From assembly GCA_016933055.1 (NCBI GenBank), contig JAFGBS010000009.1, forward strand, positions 510,001 through 542,000: a stretch of 32,000 nt of DNA, read 5' to 3'. Both the position numbers and the translations under genes were made by a program. The stretch comes from Promethearchaeota archaeon. GTDB taxonomy: Archaea; Asgardarchaeota; Lokiarchaeia; Sigyniarchaeales; Promethearchaeaceae. Shown here one piece after another: positions 1 through 8,796 of the stretch. Under the pieces are notes generated by a model, which worked only from the letters and a program-made list of their open reading frames with translations, was not told the DNA's origin and did no database searches. Position 1 is the first letter of the stretch, and every line of letters begins with the position of its first letter.

Positions 1-1172
1 ATAAATCCTCCCAATCTTAACAAATAAAGGAAAATACTATCGAGTGCATCTATCTTGTGAAAAGTTTCAGAGGAGGTTTCCCATAGTACTTTTTTATACT
101 CAAATGTAGATAGTGATGGATTAAAATGATTATTTACGATTTGTTCAGCATATTTCTTTCCAACAATTAGAAAATAATCTAAAATAGTGCCCATTTCCTT
201 TAATGTATTAAAAAAACGATTCATATAGCTTATATCGCGATGAGGAACAATCATTACTCCATAAAAAACTGGGCAGGATTGAGATAGATTTTCGAACAAA
301 TATAAGGAGGCACCAATTGATTGGAGTACATATTTCAGTAAATGACAATTAATTTTTGGAGGAACTTGGATGAGATAAAATACATAATTTAATCCCAGTG
401 TATCGATATGAGCTGCATAAATGAAACTCACCCCTTGATTTGCAAATTTCTTCCAAAGCTGTTTTAGATGGGTGAAATTTGTTTGCCATGGATTATTTTT
501 AAGTCCTGGAATGGATATTGATGGAATTTTTTGGAGGTATGTTTCGAATTCTTGTATGGAGTATGGAAGCTTATTTTTATCAAAAAACTGGGACATCACA
601 ATCAATAGCGATAACTCCTCGAGTGTATATTTCCAGTTATTTGTAATCCAAAAATCATCAATAAGATTGTCTAGAAATACATAATCATCATGGACAATAA
701 AATTACTCGTTTGATTTAGACGTTTTATGTAATTATTATAATAAAAGTCTACATTTTCATCGGGCAGTAATAAAGGAATAGCATTTAACATTGCATTCGC
801 TAAATCCGAATGAGCTTTGATTTTTTTTTCAATAATGGGACGAGTTAATTCAAAGTATCTGGATAATGAGGATTTAGTTCGAATTGATAATGGCGAGTTT
901 CCTTTTAAGAGTTTTTTGTAGTTATATAAGAGTATAAGACCATTATCACGCAGTGGTTTAGGAATAAAGGATAAAAGCACATGTTTTGCAATAATACCTT
1001 TTCCTATTTCATTAAATCCGTTCTCTTGAGCATATTTTAACTCGTTTAGTATATCCGAATGAGGAACTAGGGTTCTGATAGGTCGAACTATTCCCAAGTC
1101 CTCCTGGAAAAATTTTAAGTAGGTTTCATATGTTTTAACATAATAATAATCCAGTGTATCTGACGCAACCAC
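1..1172 (-). CDS. Partial (runs off left edge) large hypothetical protein, probably an Asgard-type multi-domain wHTH/Lrp-like regulator
   Basis: Manual translation gives a stop-free minus frame from 1181 to the window edge (about 390 codons). Likely GTG start at 1172 (MVASDTLDYYYVKTYETYLKFFQEDLG...). It ends at the edge in KIDALDSIFLYLLRLGGF, which resembles the first helix of an Lrp-type wHTH. Absent from the ORF track because there is no stop in the window. Confidence 0.7.
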   Translation of the reverse strand, partial: MVASDTLDYYYVKTYETYLKFFQEDLGIVRPIRTLVPHSDILNELKYAQENGFNEIGKGIIAKHVLLSFIPKPLRDNGLILLYNYKKLLKGNSPLSIRTKSSLSRYFELTRPIIEKKIKAHSDLANAMLNAIPLLLPDENVDFYYNNYIKRLNQTSNFIVHDDYVFLDNLIDDFWITNNWKYTLEELSLLIVMSQFFDKNKLPYSIQEFETYLQKIPSISIPGLKNNPWQTNFTHLKQLWKKFANQGVSFIYAAHIDTLGLNYVFYLIQVPPKINCHLLKYVLQSIGASLYLFENLSQSCPVFYGVMIVPHRDISYMNRFFNTLKEMGTILDYFLIVGKKYAEQIVNNHFNPSLSTFEYKKVLWETSSETFHKIDALDSIFLYLLRLGGF

Positions 1173-1577
1173 AATTCGAAATTAGTAATATTCCCATTTA
1201 TACATTTATTAAAATTAAATGGATGTGAATTTTAGTAATACTATTGCGGAGAATTTCAAAAATCATATCCAAGGTTTTAATCCTAATAAATATCAAAAAA
1301 ACTTAGAATTAAAGGACTTTCGTGATAGAATATAAAAATAAAGAGATTTTTTAAAATTAGATATAATAATACGCACAATAACAGATTTGTCACCAATTCG
1401 GGACTAGTTTCCCAAATTAAGCTTGTAGCAATTTATGTTAATTATCCGAAAATTTTTCAAGTTAGAAATTATCTATAACACAAATCTGATAATTATTGGA
1501 ACCCGATCAACTTAGATTCGTTTTCCGATTCTATGTCTTATGAAAATTCACATAGGGAAAATGTGAGGTGATTTCAG

Positions 1578-3329
1578 TTGAGTAAAAAAGAACACATTGC
1601 CTTTAAATGCTCCGAGTGCTCAGAATTATTTCCAAAAGAGTTAGTAGACGAGATTATGAAAGGTAAAACTGTTTTGTGCGAAAAATGTGGATTCCCTTTT
1701 AAATCTGAGTTCACTAAAAAGGATTATAAACAAATGGGTTCTCCTCCTATCCAAGCTCCAATTCTTAAACGAACTCAACAACTTGCGTATAGTGGACCAA
1801 AACAATCTCAAAATTCCAAAAAATATCGATATGAGCCTACTCTTAAGAAAAATGAGAAAAAATTTAAACATGGAGTCAAAATTCATTCTTCAGGGTTAAA
1901 GGAGAAAATTCCGGTTGAAGATCTTGAGAATCTCAAAAAATCGATTCGTATAATGAATGATATCAACGGTTCTCCATTGATTATAATCATAGGTATATTG
2001 ATTCTAGCCAGTAGTATACCCCGTGTGATTTCAACATTACAGACTGATCTGTTTCCTGGTATCATGCAAATTGTTGTAAATAGTTATAGATTCATCTTAA
2101 TTATCCTATTATGGAGTATCAATTATCGAATTGTTATTAAACCCATTAAAGAACAGTCCTACACAAATTTAGGAATAGATGCAATGCTCATCGGATTAAT
2201 TGGACTCCCATTATACGGTTTAGGCACATTTTTCCTATTTGAGGGACTCTTCATTTTATTATATGAAATCTTTCTTCGTATTAATAACTTGATCGATATG
2301 GGAAAAACGGATAAACTAAGTGAAGAAATTTTTGCAGCTAATTTCATGGAATCTACGATAAAAGTGATAAATAACTTCTTGGTAAAGGGTACAATATTTC
2401 TATTATTTTATAGTATAATTCCTGTTCTCAAAGAAGTACGCGATTACACCCTTCCTTCGGCAGAATTTATTAGTGTAATCGTGTTTTATGGAACTTTCCT
2501 AATAATAGCTATTGCATTCACATTCTATTTAGGTAATAAATTTGTGCCAAAAATAAGAAACACTGCGTATCAGAAAATTGATGAAGAAATTTTTGTTAGA
2601 TGCATAATATTTAGTGCATTTAGTTTAATATATGCGGGGGTAGGGTCATTAGGATTAGTTATTTGTATCTTACTGTTCATTTATAGGGGTCTTTACAAGG
2701 ATATTAAAAAAAAACTACCCTCGATGCATTATGAGAAACCAAAACCCCCAATTGCGGTAAAAGAGCCTTCTCGAACAGAATCGACCACAAAACCAGAATC
2801 AATTTCATTTGTTCTGGAAGCACAAAAAGATATAGTGCCTAAGGAAATTTTTCCCACTCCTCCCCCCAAAGAAGATAGAAAACCGTTACAAGAAATACCA
2901 GTTATTCATGTCGAGGATAAACATGCACGAGAACAGTTAATTTCGTCTTTAAGGAAAACTGAGAAAGAAGTAATGGAAAAACCTCCGAGCAAAACTCCTG
3001 AATTAAATCGTGGAAATATCAAAGAATACATGGGTAGAGTATTTACTGTTCTCACCGCCGATATGCGTGAACGTTTGTTGAAATTGGAAATTCCGGATGA
3101 GCAAAAATGGGATGTGGTTAGAGAATTTGCCAATCTGAAGGAACAGCAACAACAAAAATATATTGAAGAATTAGAAAATGTTAATCGAGTCTTGTCGGAA
3201 GAACTTATAAAACGAGTTCAGAAGATGAATCTCCCGATAAAAGAGACCCAATCCATTATTAGACAATTAGAGATAATGGATCCAAAAGAACAAGTCCAAT
3301 TCGTGGAGTTTTTGGAACATACTCAATGA
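1578..3329 (+). CDS. Membrane protein with N-terminal Zn-ribbon, about 8 TM segments, Pro-rich linker and two C-terminal helical repeats
   Basis: CSEC...CEKC at N-terminus; hydrophobic stretches at about aa 130-370; GAGGTGA at 1565-1571 lies 6 nt before the TTG start. Confidence 0.75.
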   Translation: MSKKEHIAFKCSECSELFPKELVDEIMKGKTVLCEKCGFPFKSEFTKKDYKQMGSPPIQAPILKRTQQLAYSGPKQSQNSKKYRYEPTLKKNEKKFKHGVKIHSSGLKEKIPVEDLENLKKSIRIMNDINGSPLIIIIGILILASSIPRVISTLQTDLFPGIMQIVVNSYRFILIILLWSINYRIVIKPIKEQSYTNLGIDAMLIGLIGLPLYGLGTFFLFEGLFILLYEIFLRINNLIDMGKTDKLSEEIFAANFMESTIKVINNFLVKGTIFLLFYSIIPVLKEVRDYTLPSAEFISVIVFYGTFLIIAIAFTFYLGNKFVPKIRNTAYQKIDEEIFVRCIIFSAFSLIYAGVGSLGLVICILLFIYRGLYKDIKKKLPSMHYEKPKPPIAVKEPSRTESTTKPESISFVLEAQKDIVPKEIFPTPPPKEDRKPLQEIPVIHVEDKHAREQLISSLRKTEKEVMEKPPSKTPELNRGNIKEYMGRVFTVLTADMRERLLKLEIPDEQKWDVVREFANLKEQQQQKYIEELENVNRVLSEELIKRVQKMNLPIKETQSIIRQLEIMDPKEQVQFVEFLEHTQ

Positions 3330-4288
3330 GGACTATAGAATTAGTCAAATGGAAAAGTGAAGTTATGGCGCAGAAAGAAATCCCAAAAGAACTAAAAGAA
3401 AAGCAAGAATCCACTTCTTCTTCTGCAACCAAGGATATGGATGAAGAAATTCCATTTGAAGAACACCAAGATACTGATTCGGAATATAAAGTTAGGATTG
3501 AACAGCTTAGAGAAGAGCTCTTATCTGAATTAACTCCTATCGAAAAAGATGTATTAAACATTGCACGACAGATTTTGAAACTTAAGAAATATCCCGCTGA
3601 GATTTCAGTCGAACGAGTAGAATTAATGAGCCCAATGGTTGACAAAATCTATGCGAAAGCAATAGCTAAATTTGAAAATCAGAAGGGTTATAAAAAAGAA
3701 TCAATTTTTTCCGCGATCCAAAGTTTAGAATCTAAAAAATGGATAATAACCGACCAGAGAACAACTAAAGCAGAAATATTGAGAAATACAATTAAAAAGG
3801 AAATTCTTGCATTTATTCAAAAATATCCGGGTATTCATGCACGAGATCCCAAAATCGAAGAGATTTTACACATCACACGTAATCCATTTATCAAACATAT
3901 GGCTGCCTTGGAAGCATTTGGGTTGATTCGTTCTTCAAAAATTGGATCTACCTTGAACTATTTCCCTGCAGATCTTCCTGATGTGTTTGACGATCTTGCA
4001 GTCTTATTCCAAAATGAGATTGTTGTTGAGATCGTTCATTCTTTTATCGATAAAGACATGACCCTTATGGAATTGGCAGCGAAAATCGGTGTTTATCATC
4101 GAGCCATTCAGTACCATATAAAAACACTGTTGGAACACAATGTGTTGCTGGAGATTGACCCTTCAGAAGTTAATCTCAGTCCTGGTGAAAAGATTGATTC
4201 GCGACGTAAATATTACAAAGTGAATTCTGGTCTTCTGGAGAGATATAACCGTCTTTTTAAAATCCCGCCATTTGTTGAATGGTTATAA
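3326..4288 (+). CDS. Winged helix-turn-helix transcriptional regulator (tandem wHTH, ArsR-like C-terminal domain)
   Basis: ILAFIQKYPGIHAR and MTLMELAAKIGVYHRAIQYHIKTLLEHNVL are HTH-like; ATGA overlap with the upstream stop; alternative ATG at 3365. Confidence 0.7.
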   Translation: MRTIELVKWKSEVMAQKEIPKELKEKQESTSSSATKDMDEEIPFEEHQDTDSEYKVRIEQLREELLSELTPIEKDVLNIARQILKLKKYPAEISVERVELMSPMVDKIYAKAIAKFENQKGYKKESIFSAIQSLESKKWIITDQRTTKAEILRNTIKKEILAFIQKYPGIHARDPKIEEILHITRNPFIKHMAALEAFGLIRSSKIGSTLNYFPADLPDVFDDLAVLFQNEIVVEIVHSFIDKDMTLMELAAKIGVYHRAIQYHIKTLLEHNVLLEIDPSEVNLSPGEKIDSRRKYYKVNSGLLERYNRLFKIPPFVEWL

Positions 4289-5264
4289 TTTCTTTAATGA
4301 CCAGATCACAAGGTTTTCTTTTTTTGGGTTATTACTAATGCTAATGTCGAAGTTTCTAAAATCACTTAAAACCATGGTAATGAATACGGGATTGAAATTG
4401 TTCACATTAGATGAAAAATTAGCCTATCTTGTATTTAAAACAAAATCTAGTAACGTAAATCAGATTGTACTACTGCCGACAGGAGATACTTGCAAAAAGA
4501 AACTTCTAAACATTATGAAAACTTCTACTAAGATTGGAAATTTACACAATGGAAAAATAAATGGTGTATCAGTCACCATATTACGTGCAGGAATTGGTTC
4601 TTCTCATGTGGCTATGGTAATGGAAGCTTTAAAGAGGAGTAATTGTAGAATTGCAATACGGATTGATTACTGTGGTGGATTGCAAACAATGGATCACACT
4701 TTAGACATAGCAGATGTGATAATACCTGAGAAAGTCTTCTTAACGGACGGTACTGCCCACAGTTATTTGCAGACGTATTCTCATATATTGGATACATTGC
4801 CAATTGAATCCAAACTGGTCAAAACAGGGGATCTCCAAAAACTAATGCTTTATCCTTCATATGAAAACGCATATTGGGCAATACAGGTTAATCAAAAATT
4901 ATATCAAGGACTGTGGGATTGCCTTCAAGGACTAAATTATGAGTTTAAGATTAAATCAGGGATACTATGGAGTGTTGATGCCTTATTTTGTGAAACGGAG
5001 TCTGCAATCAGAACGTGGCTTACATACGGAGCAAATTCTGTCGATATGGAGTCTTCTGCGGTATATTTTCTAGGACAATTATTTAATATTCCCACGATTT
5101 CCATTTTGGGGATTTCAGATCTACCAGATTCTAAACAGTGGAACTTTCAAAGAACAAATTATATTCACCCAAAATATGAATTCATTTTAGATAATGCTAT
5201 AGAAGTATTGACGCTTGCACTTCCAGAAATAAATGAAAAGGTAATTTCCCATGAAAGTTCCTAG
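4272..5264 (+). CDS. Nucleoside phosphorylase/nucleosidase-fold protein (PNP/UDP family), divergent
   Basis: Motifs AGIGSSHVAMVMEAL, IRIDYCGGL, SVDALFCET, VDMESSA, LGISD align with the DeoD/Udp motif order. The true start is probably a downstream Met (about 4338-4379). Confidence 0.75.
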   Translation: MLNGYNFFNDQITRFSFFGLLLMLMSKFLKSLKTMVMNTGLKLFTLDEKLAYLVFKTKSSNVNQIVLLPTGDTCKKKLLNIMKTSTKIGNLHNGKINGVSVTILRAGIGSSHVAMVMEALKRSNCRIAIRIDYCGGLQTMDHTLDIADVIIPEKVFLTDGTAHSYLQTYSHILDTLPIESKLVKTGDLQKLMLYPSYENAYWAIQVNQKLYQGLWDCLQGLNYEFKIKSGILWSVDALFCETESAIRTWLTYGANSVDMESSAVYFLGQLFNIPTISILGISDLPDSKQWNFQRTNYIHPKYEFILDNAIEVLTLALPEINEKVISHESS

Positions 5265-6552
5265 GCAGGTCATTGAAAATTATGTTAAAACCTCTTATCG
5301 GGTTGTTGGAAAAAATAAGCATTCCTCAATAAAACCTTGTTATTGGTTAGAGCAAAAATTACTAACAGGAAGACCCAATCGAAATTGTTATAAAGGGTAT
5401 TGGGGAATCAATAGTGAGCAGTGTATCCAGAACACTCCCTCTTTTCCTTTTTGTACTCATAATTGTGTGTTTTGTTGGCGAGATACATCTTGCTCATTGG
5501 GATCAGAATTTACAGTCCCCCCAGACGAACCCGACTATCTGATTGAAGAGTTAATTCGTCATCAAATAAATTTGATTAAACATCACTATCCTCTCAAAAA
5601 ATCATTGCAGAATTATCAGGTGTGTACGGATATTGTACGCTTTTTTATCAAAGAACTTCATTCTAATAATTTCTCCAAAAAAAGCGCGATTCCATTTTCT
5701 ACAATCTTCAAAAATGTATCTTTTGACTCTAAAAGCGTTGTAAATAAAGCAGTATTGTTATTAAAGAATTGTGATGTGCTAAAAACCGATGATTTAACTA
5801 CTTATTATTTATCTAAAAGAGCCCTTTCTCTTTTACTTGAGGAATCTGGAAATGTCTCACAGCTTATGGATGTTATGGTTTCAAACGAAGATGATATTCG
5901 GAAATCGTATAAAAATGCTCTTCATCCCAATCATGCAGCAATATCCCTTGATGGAGAGCCCACACTTTATCCATATATAGGGGAATTTGTGCATTTATTT
6001 CGGAAGAGGGGTTTCACCACCTTTATCGTGACGAATGGAACGACTCCAGAGGTAATCCAGAGGTTAGAGCAATCAAATAATCTTCCTTCTATACTCTATG
6101 TGACTCTCCCCCCCCCCAATAAAAAAGATTATTTGTATATTCATCGTCCTAAAATGCCTGGAACGTGGGAAAAAATCCAGAAGACACTTAGTATGTTAAA
6201 AGAATTACCCACAAGAACGGTCCTACGGATTACTTCGGTTTCTCATTTAAATATTCGGGATGATTTGATAGATGGTTATATTTCTTCTATCAATCAAATT
6301 CGACCTAATTTCTTAGACATAAAGGGTTTCACATTAGAGGGTGCTTCTATGAGTATTTCAGACCGTCTAAGTTCCAACAAACCAGGAAGTTACTTTTTCC
6401 CCGAATATAATGAGCTATCTGCTTTTGCACGTAATCTTGCTATTAAAAGCGGTTTTCCCATAATAGAAACTCATGAAGGATCAAGAGATATATTATTAGC
6501 GGTAAACTGGAGTTCTACATCATCACTCAAACTTCAACCAAACGAGATTTAA
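5251..6552 (+). CDS. taw1: 4-demethylwyosine synthase (radical SAM tRNA-modification enzyme Taw1/TYW1)
   Basis: CTHNCVFCWR (CxxxCxxC); N-terminal HSSIKPCYW...CYK...C auxiliary-cluster Cys and Schiff-base Lys; HAAISLDGEPTLYP; TFIVTNGT. Confidence 0.92.
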   Translation: MKVPRQVIENYVKTSYRVVGKNKHSSIKPCYWLEQKLLTGRPNRNCYKGYWGINSEQCIQNTPSFPFCTHNCVFCWRDTSCSLGSEFTVPPDEPDYLIEELIRHQINLIKHHYPLKKSLQNYQVCTDIVRFFIKELHSNNFSKKSAIPFSTIFKNVSFDSKSVVNKAVLLLKNCDVLKTDDLTTYYLSKRALSLLLEESGNVSQLMDVMVSNEDDIRKSYKNALHPNHAAISLDGEPTLYPYIGEFVHLFRKRGFTTFIVTNGTTPEVIQRLEQSNNLPSILYVTLPPPNKKDYLYIHRPKMPGTWEKIQKTLSMLKELPTRTVLRITSVSHLNIRDDLIDGYISSINQIRPNFLDIKGFTLEGASMSISDRLSSNKPGSYFFPEYNELSAFARNLAIKSGFPIIETHEGSRDILLAVNWSSTSSLKLQPNEI

Positions 6553-6553
6553 T

Positions 6554-7282
6554 TTAATCGATCTCCAATATTGAAAATAAATCTTGAATGTCATTTATTA
6601 TAAGATAGGGATTTTCTTTTTCAAGATCTTCCTTTCTTGATAATCCACTTAACACACATATTGTTCGGATTCCAGCGCGATTACCAGCAATCACATCGGT
6701 TACCATATCCCCGATAAAAATTGCTTTAGTATTTCTTATCCTCATATCTTTTAGGATTTTTAATAATCCATCTGGCTCGGGCTTTAGTTTTCCGGTCTCA
6801 TCGAATCCATACACATGTTTTTCATCAAAATATTTCTCTAAATCAAATTTTTTAAGGGTTTTTAAGGCAGAACTCTTTTTATTATTAGTTAGTATCGCCA
6901 ATTTTTTCTTTTTTGATAGAATTCTCACTAATTCTTCCACACGAGGATAAAGAATAGCACTCTCATCCTTGTATTTTTTAAATCGAGAGTAAATATAGGA
7001 GGCGATTTCAAGCTTTTTTAGCACGGTTAAGTCTTGCGAGTTAAGATATTCCACATCGAATAACTCATTTGCATTTAAAATTGTTTTTGGAATAGCAGTG
7101 GCTTGTAATTTCTCTATAAGCCCTGCAAGGTCTATCAGAATTACATCTGCATTCGCTGCTAAAGAATAATTCTTAATTCCATCTATTAAAGCTCTTTTCA
7201 AGCATTCTACCATATCGACAATAACTCCATCTAAATCAAAAATTACCAGATTAAAGCTGCGTACATTTAACTCATTTGACAT
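6554..7282 (-). CDS. HAD-family hydrolase (phosphoglycolate phosphatase-like)
   Basis: Motif I FDLDGV, motif II LTNN, motif III KPEP, motif IV GDMVTD. Confidence 0.85.
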   Translation of the reverse strand: MSNELNVRSFNLVIFDLDGVIVDMVECLKRALIDGIKNYSLAANADVILIDLAGLIEKLQATAIPKTILNANELFDVEYLNSQDLTVLKKLEIASYIYSRFKKYKDESAILYPRVEELVRILSKKKKLAILTNNKKSSALKTLKKFDLEKYFDEKHVYGFDETGKLKPEPDGLLKILKDMRIRNTKAIFIGDMVTDVIAGNRAGIRTICVLSGLSRKEDLEKENPYLIINDIQDLFSILEID

Positions 7283-7481
7283 GACCGTAAATCCCCTTTT
7301 TAGTAAGAAAATTATAGGACTGCCATTTAAAAACCTATAGAACCCAGTTTTATTTTTTTAAATTTAATCCTATTAATCAGAAAACATATTTAATATTAAA
7401 AAGAATTTTACACTTTTGGGGATGAGTTTAAAAGAATTGATTAACTAAAATAGTATATCTAAAAAATACAGAGGTTAGCTT

Positions 7482-7781
7482 ATGAGTCATTTCTTTGCTT
7501 TATACAGAAAAAAAGGCGTGCAAGAAACTTTAGACGTATTACACAGTTATAAAGGTAACGCAGTGAAACAATCTGAGTTTTTCCAGACTTTAAAAGACCG
7601 AGAATCTTATTTAAATAGCTTTTTCCGTGTTAAAGATGAATTATTGAAATACAAATTGATTGCCTATCGATTGGACGAAGATAACGAGAAAGTCATATAC
7701 ATCACTGAAAGAGGATTAAATCTCTGGAAAAAAATACAAGAGATAGAACAGATTATTACTAAAGAACTCTCCACTCCTTAA
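7482..7781 (+). CDS. Small winged-helix protein
   Basis: Helical N-half then IAYRL...VIYITERG wing; GAGGT at 7471-7475 6 nt before the ATG. Confidence 0.65.
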   Translation: MSHFFALYRKKGVQETLDVLHSYKGNAVKQSEFFQTLKDRESYLNSFFRVKDELLKYKLIAYRLDEDNEKVIYITERGLNLWKKIQEIEQIITKELSTP

Positions 7782-7992
7782 ATCCTCTTTTCTTTATAGT
7801 GGATTAACTCTATTCGCTCTATCATTTTTATTAACCATAGTGAACGATCTATTCTGTGTGTCAGTGGTTTATAATATCTTACAATAAAATCTTAGAATTT
7901 TCTACGTAAGAATAATATCTCAATATAGAAATATTTTAAATATTCATGCGGTAAGTCTAAATTACACATAATAGAAAGAAGGCAGAAAAAAC

Positions 7993-8349
7993 ATGTCAGA
8001 ACACGAAGAAAATGAAACCATGAAAAAACTGGATGAAGTTAATGACACGATGCAAACACTAGGTAAATATTTTCCAGATATTATGAAATCTTTTTTAACA
8101 TACTTTCAAGGTGTAGATAAGCCAGGAACAATCGATACAAAAACAAAAAAGCTCATATCCCTTGCAATTTCAATTAATGAAAAATGTTCTTGGTGCGTGG
8201 CATATTATGTCAATAAAGCAATCGAAGCGGGAGCCACGAAAGAAGAAATTCTGGAAACGTCCATGGTAGCGATGAAAATGGGTGGAGGTCCTTCATTGAT
8301 GCACATACGATGGGTTTTAGACGCTTTGGGGGAACTTGGCAAATTATAG
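7993..8349 (+). CDS. Carboxymuconolactone decarboxylase / AhpD-like protein
   Basis: IDTKTKKLISLAISINEKCSWCVAYY (CxxC) and AIEAGATKEEILE, then MGGGP. Confidence 0.88.
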   Translation: MSEHEENETMKKLDEVNDTMQTLGKYFPDIMKSFLTYFQGVDKPGTIDTKTKKLISLAISINEKCSWCVAYYVNKAIEAGATKEEILETSMVAMKMGGGPSLMHIRWVLDALGELGKL

Positions 8350-8796
8350 AATTTTTTGCTTAACAAAACTAAAAGAACTGCTATAAAGGAATATGGAAAA
8401 AAATACATTCAAATGCTTTTATGGCAAATATTTATTTTTTCAAGAACTAGTTTCTACCCCGTGATACTCAATAAATTTGCGATAGGTACTCTATAGTAAG
8501 AACTTCTGCTATTATAGATTAAGGACAAAGCACAAATGACGTGATCTCTGGGTATTATATTATATAATATTTATTAGATTGCTGCACTACGGGCGTTCAT
8601 TTTGTAATCTTTCTTTTGGATTTCCTCCTTGCATATCTCACTCACAACTTTTACATCTATACCATTTCTAAAATGTGTTAACGGGAATATGATAGGGATT
8701 TCATGTTTTCTTATAGTATCAGCAAAACTATGGATCTAAAGACTTATTCCAACACAGGCACTTAATAGGATAGAATATAATTAAAAAAAAGAGGAA

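Noticed and set aside
1182-1205. In-frame ATG (MYKWEYY) separated from the long left ORF by a single TAA, suggesting readthrough or a pseudogene
   Set aside because: A GTG lies 4 codons after the stop. TAA is the normal stop throughout the window, and a short upstream in-frame run is expected by chance.
1219-1335. 38-codon ORF MDVNFSN...RDRI in the divergent spacer
   Set aside because: No SD, no motif, very short; cannot be supported.
1382-1488. 9-bp inverted repeat CAGATTTGT/ACAAATCTG
   Set aside because: Short, AT-rich and about 90 bp apart; plausible by chance.
8350-8796. 447-bp gap between convergent genes
   Set aside because: The open minus frame I checked lacks a start codon, and no convincing stems or repeats were seen.
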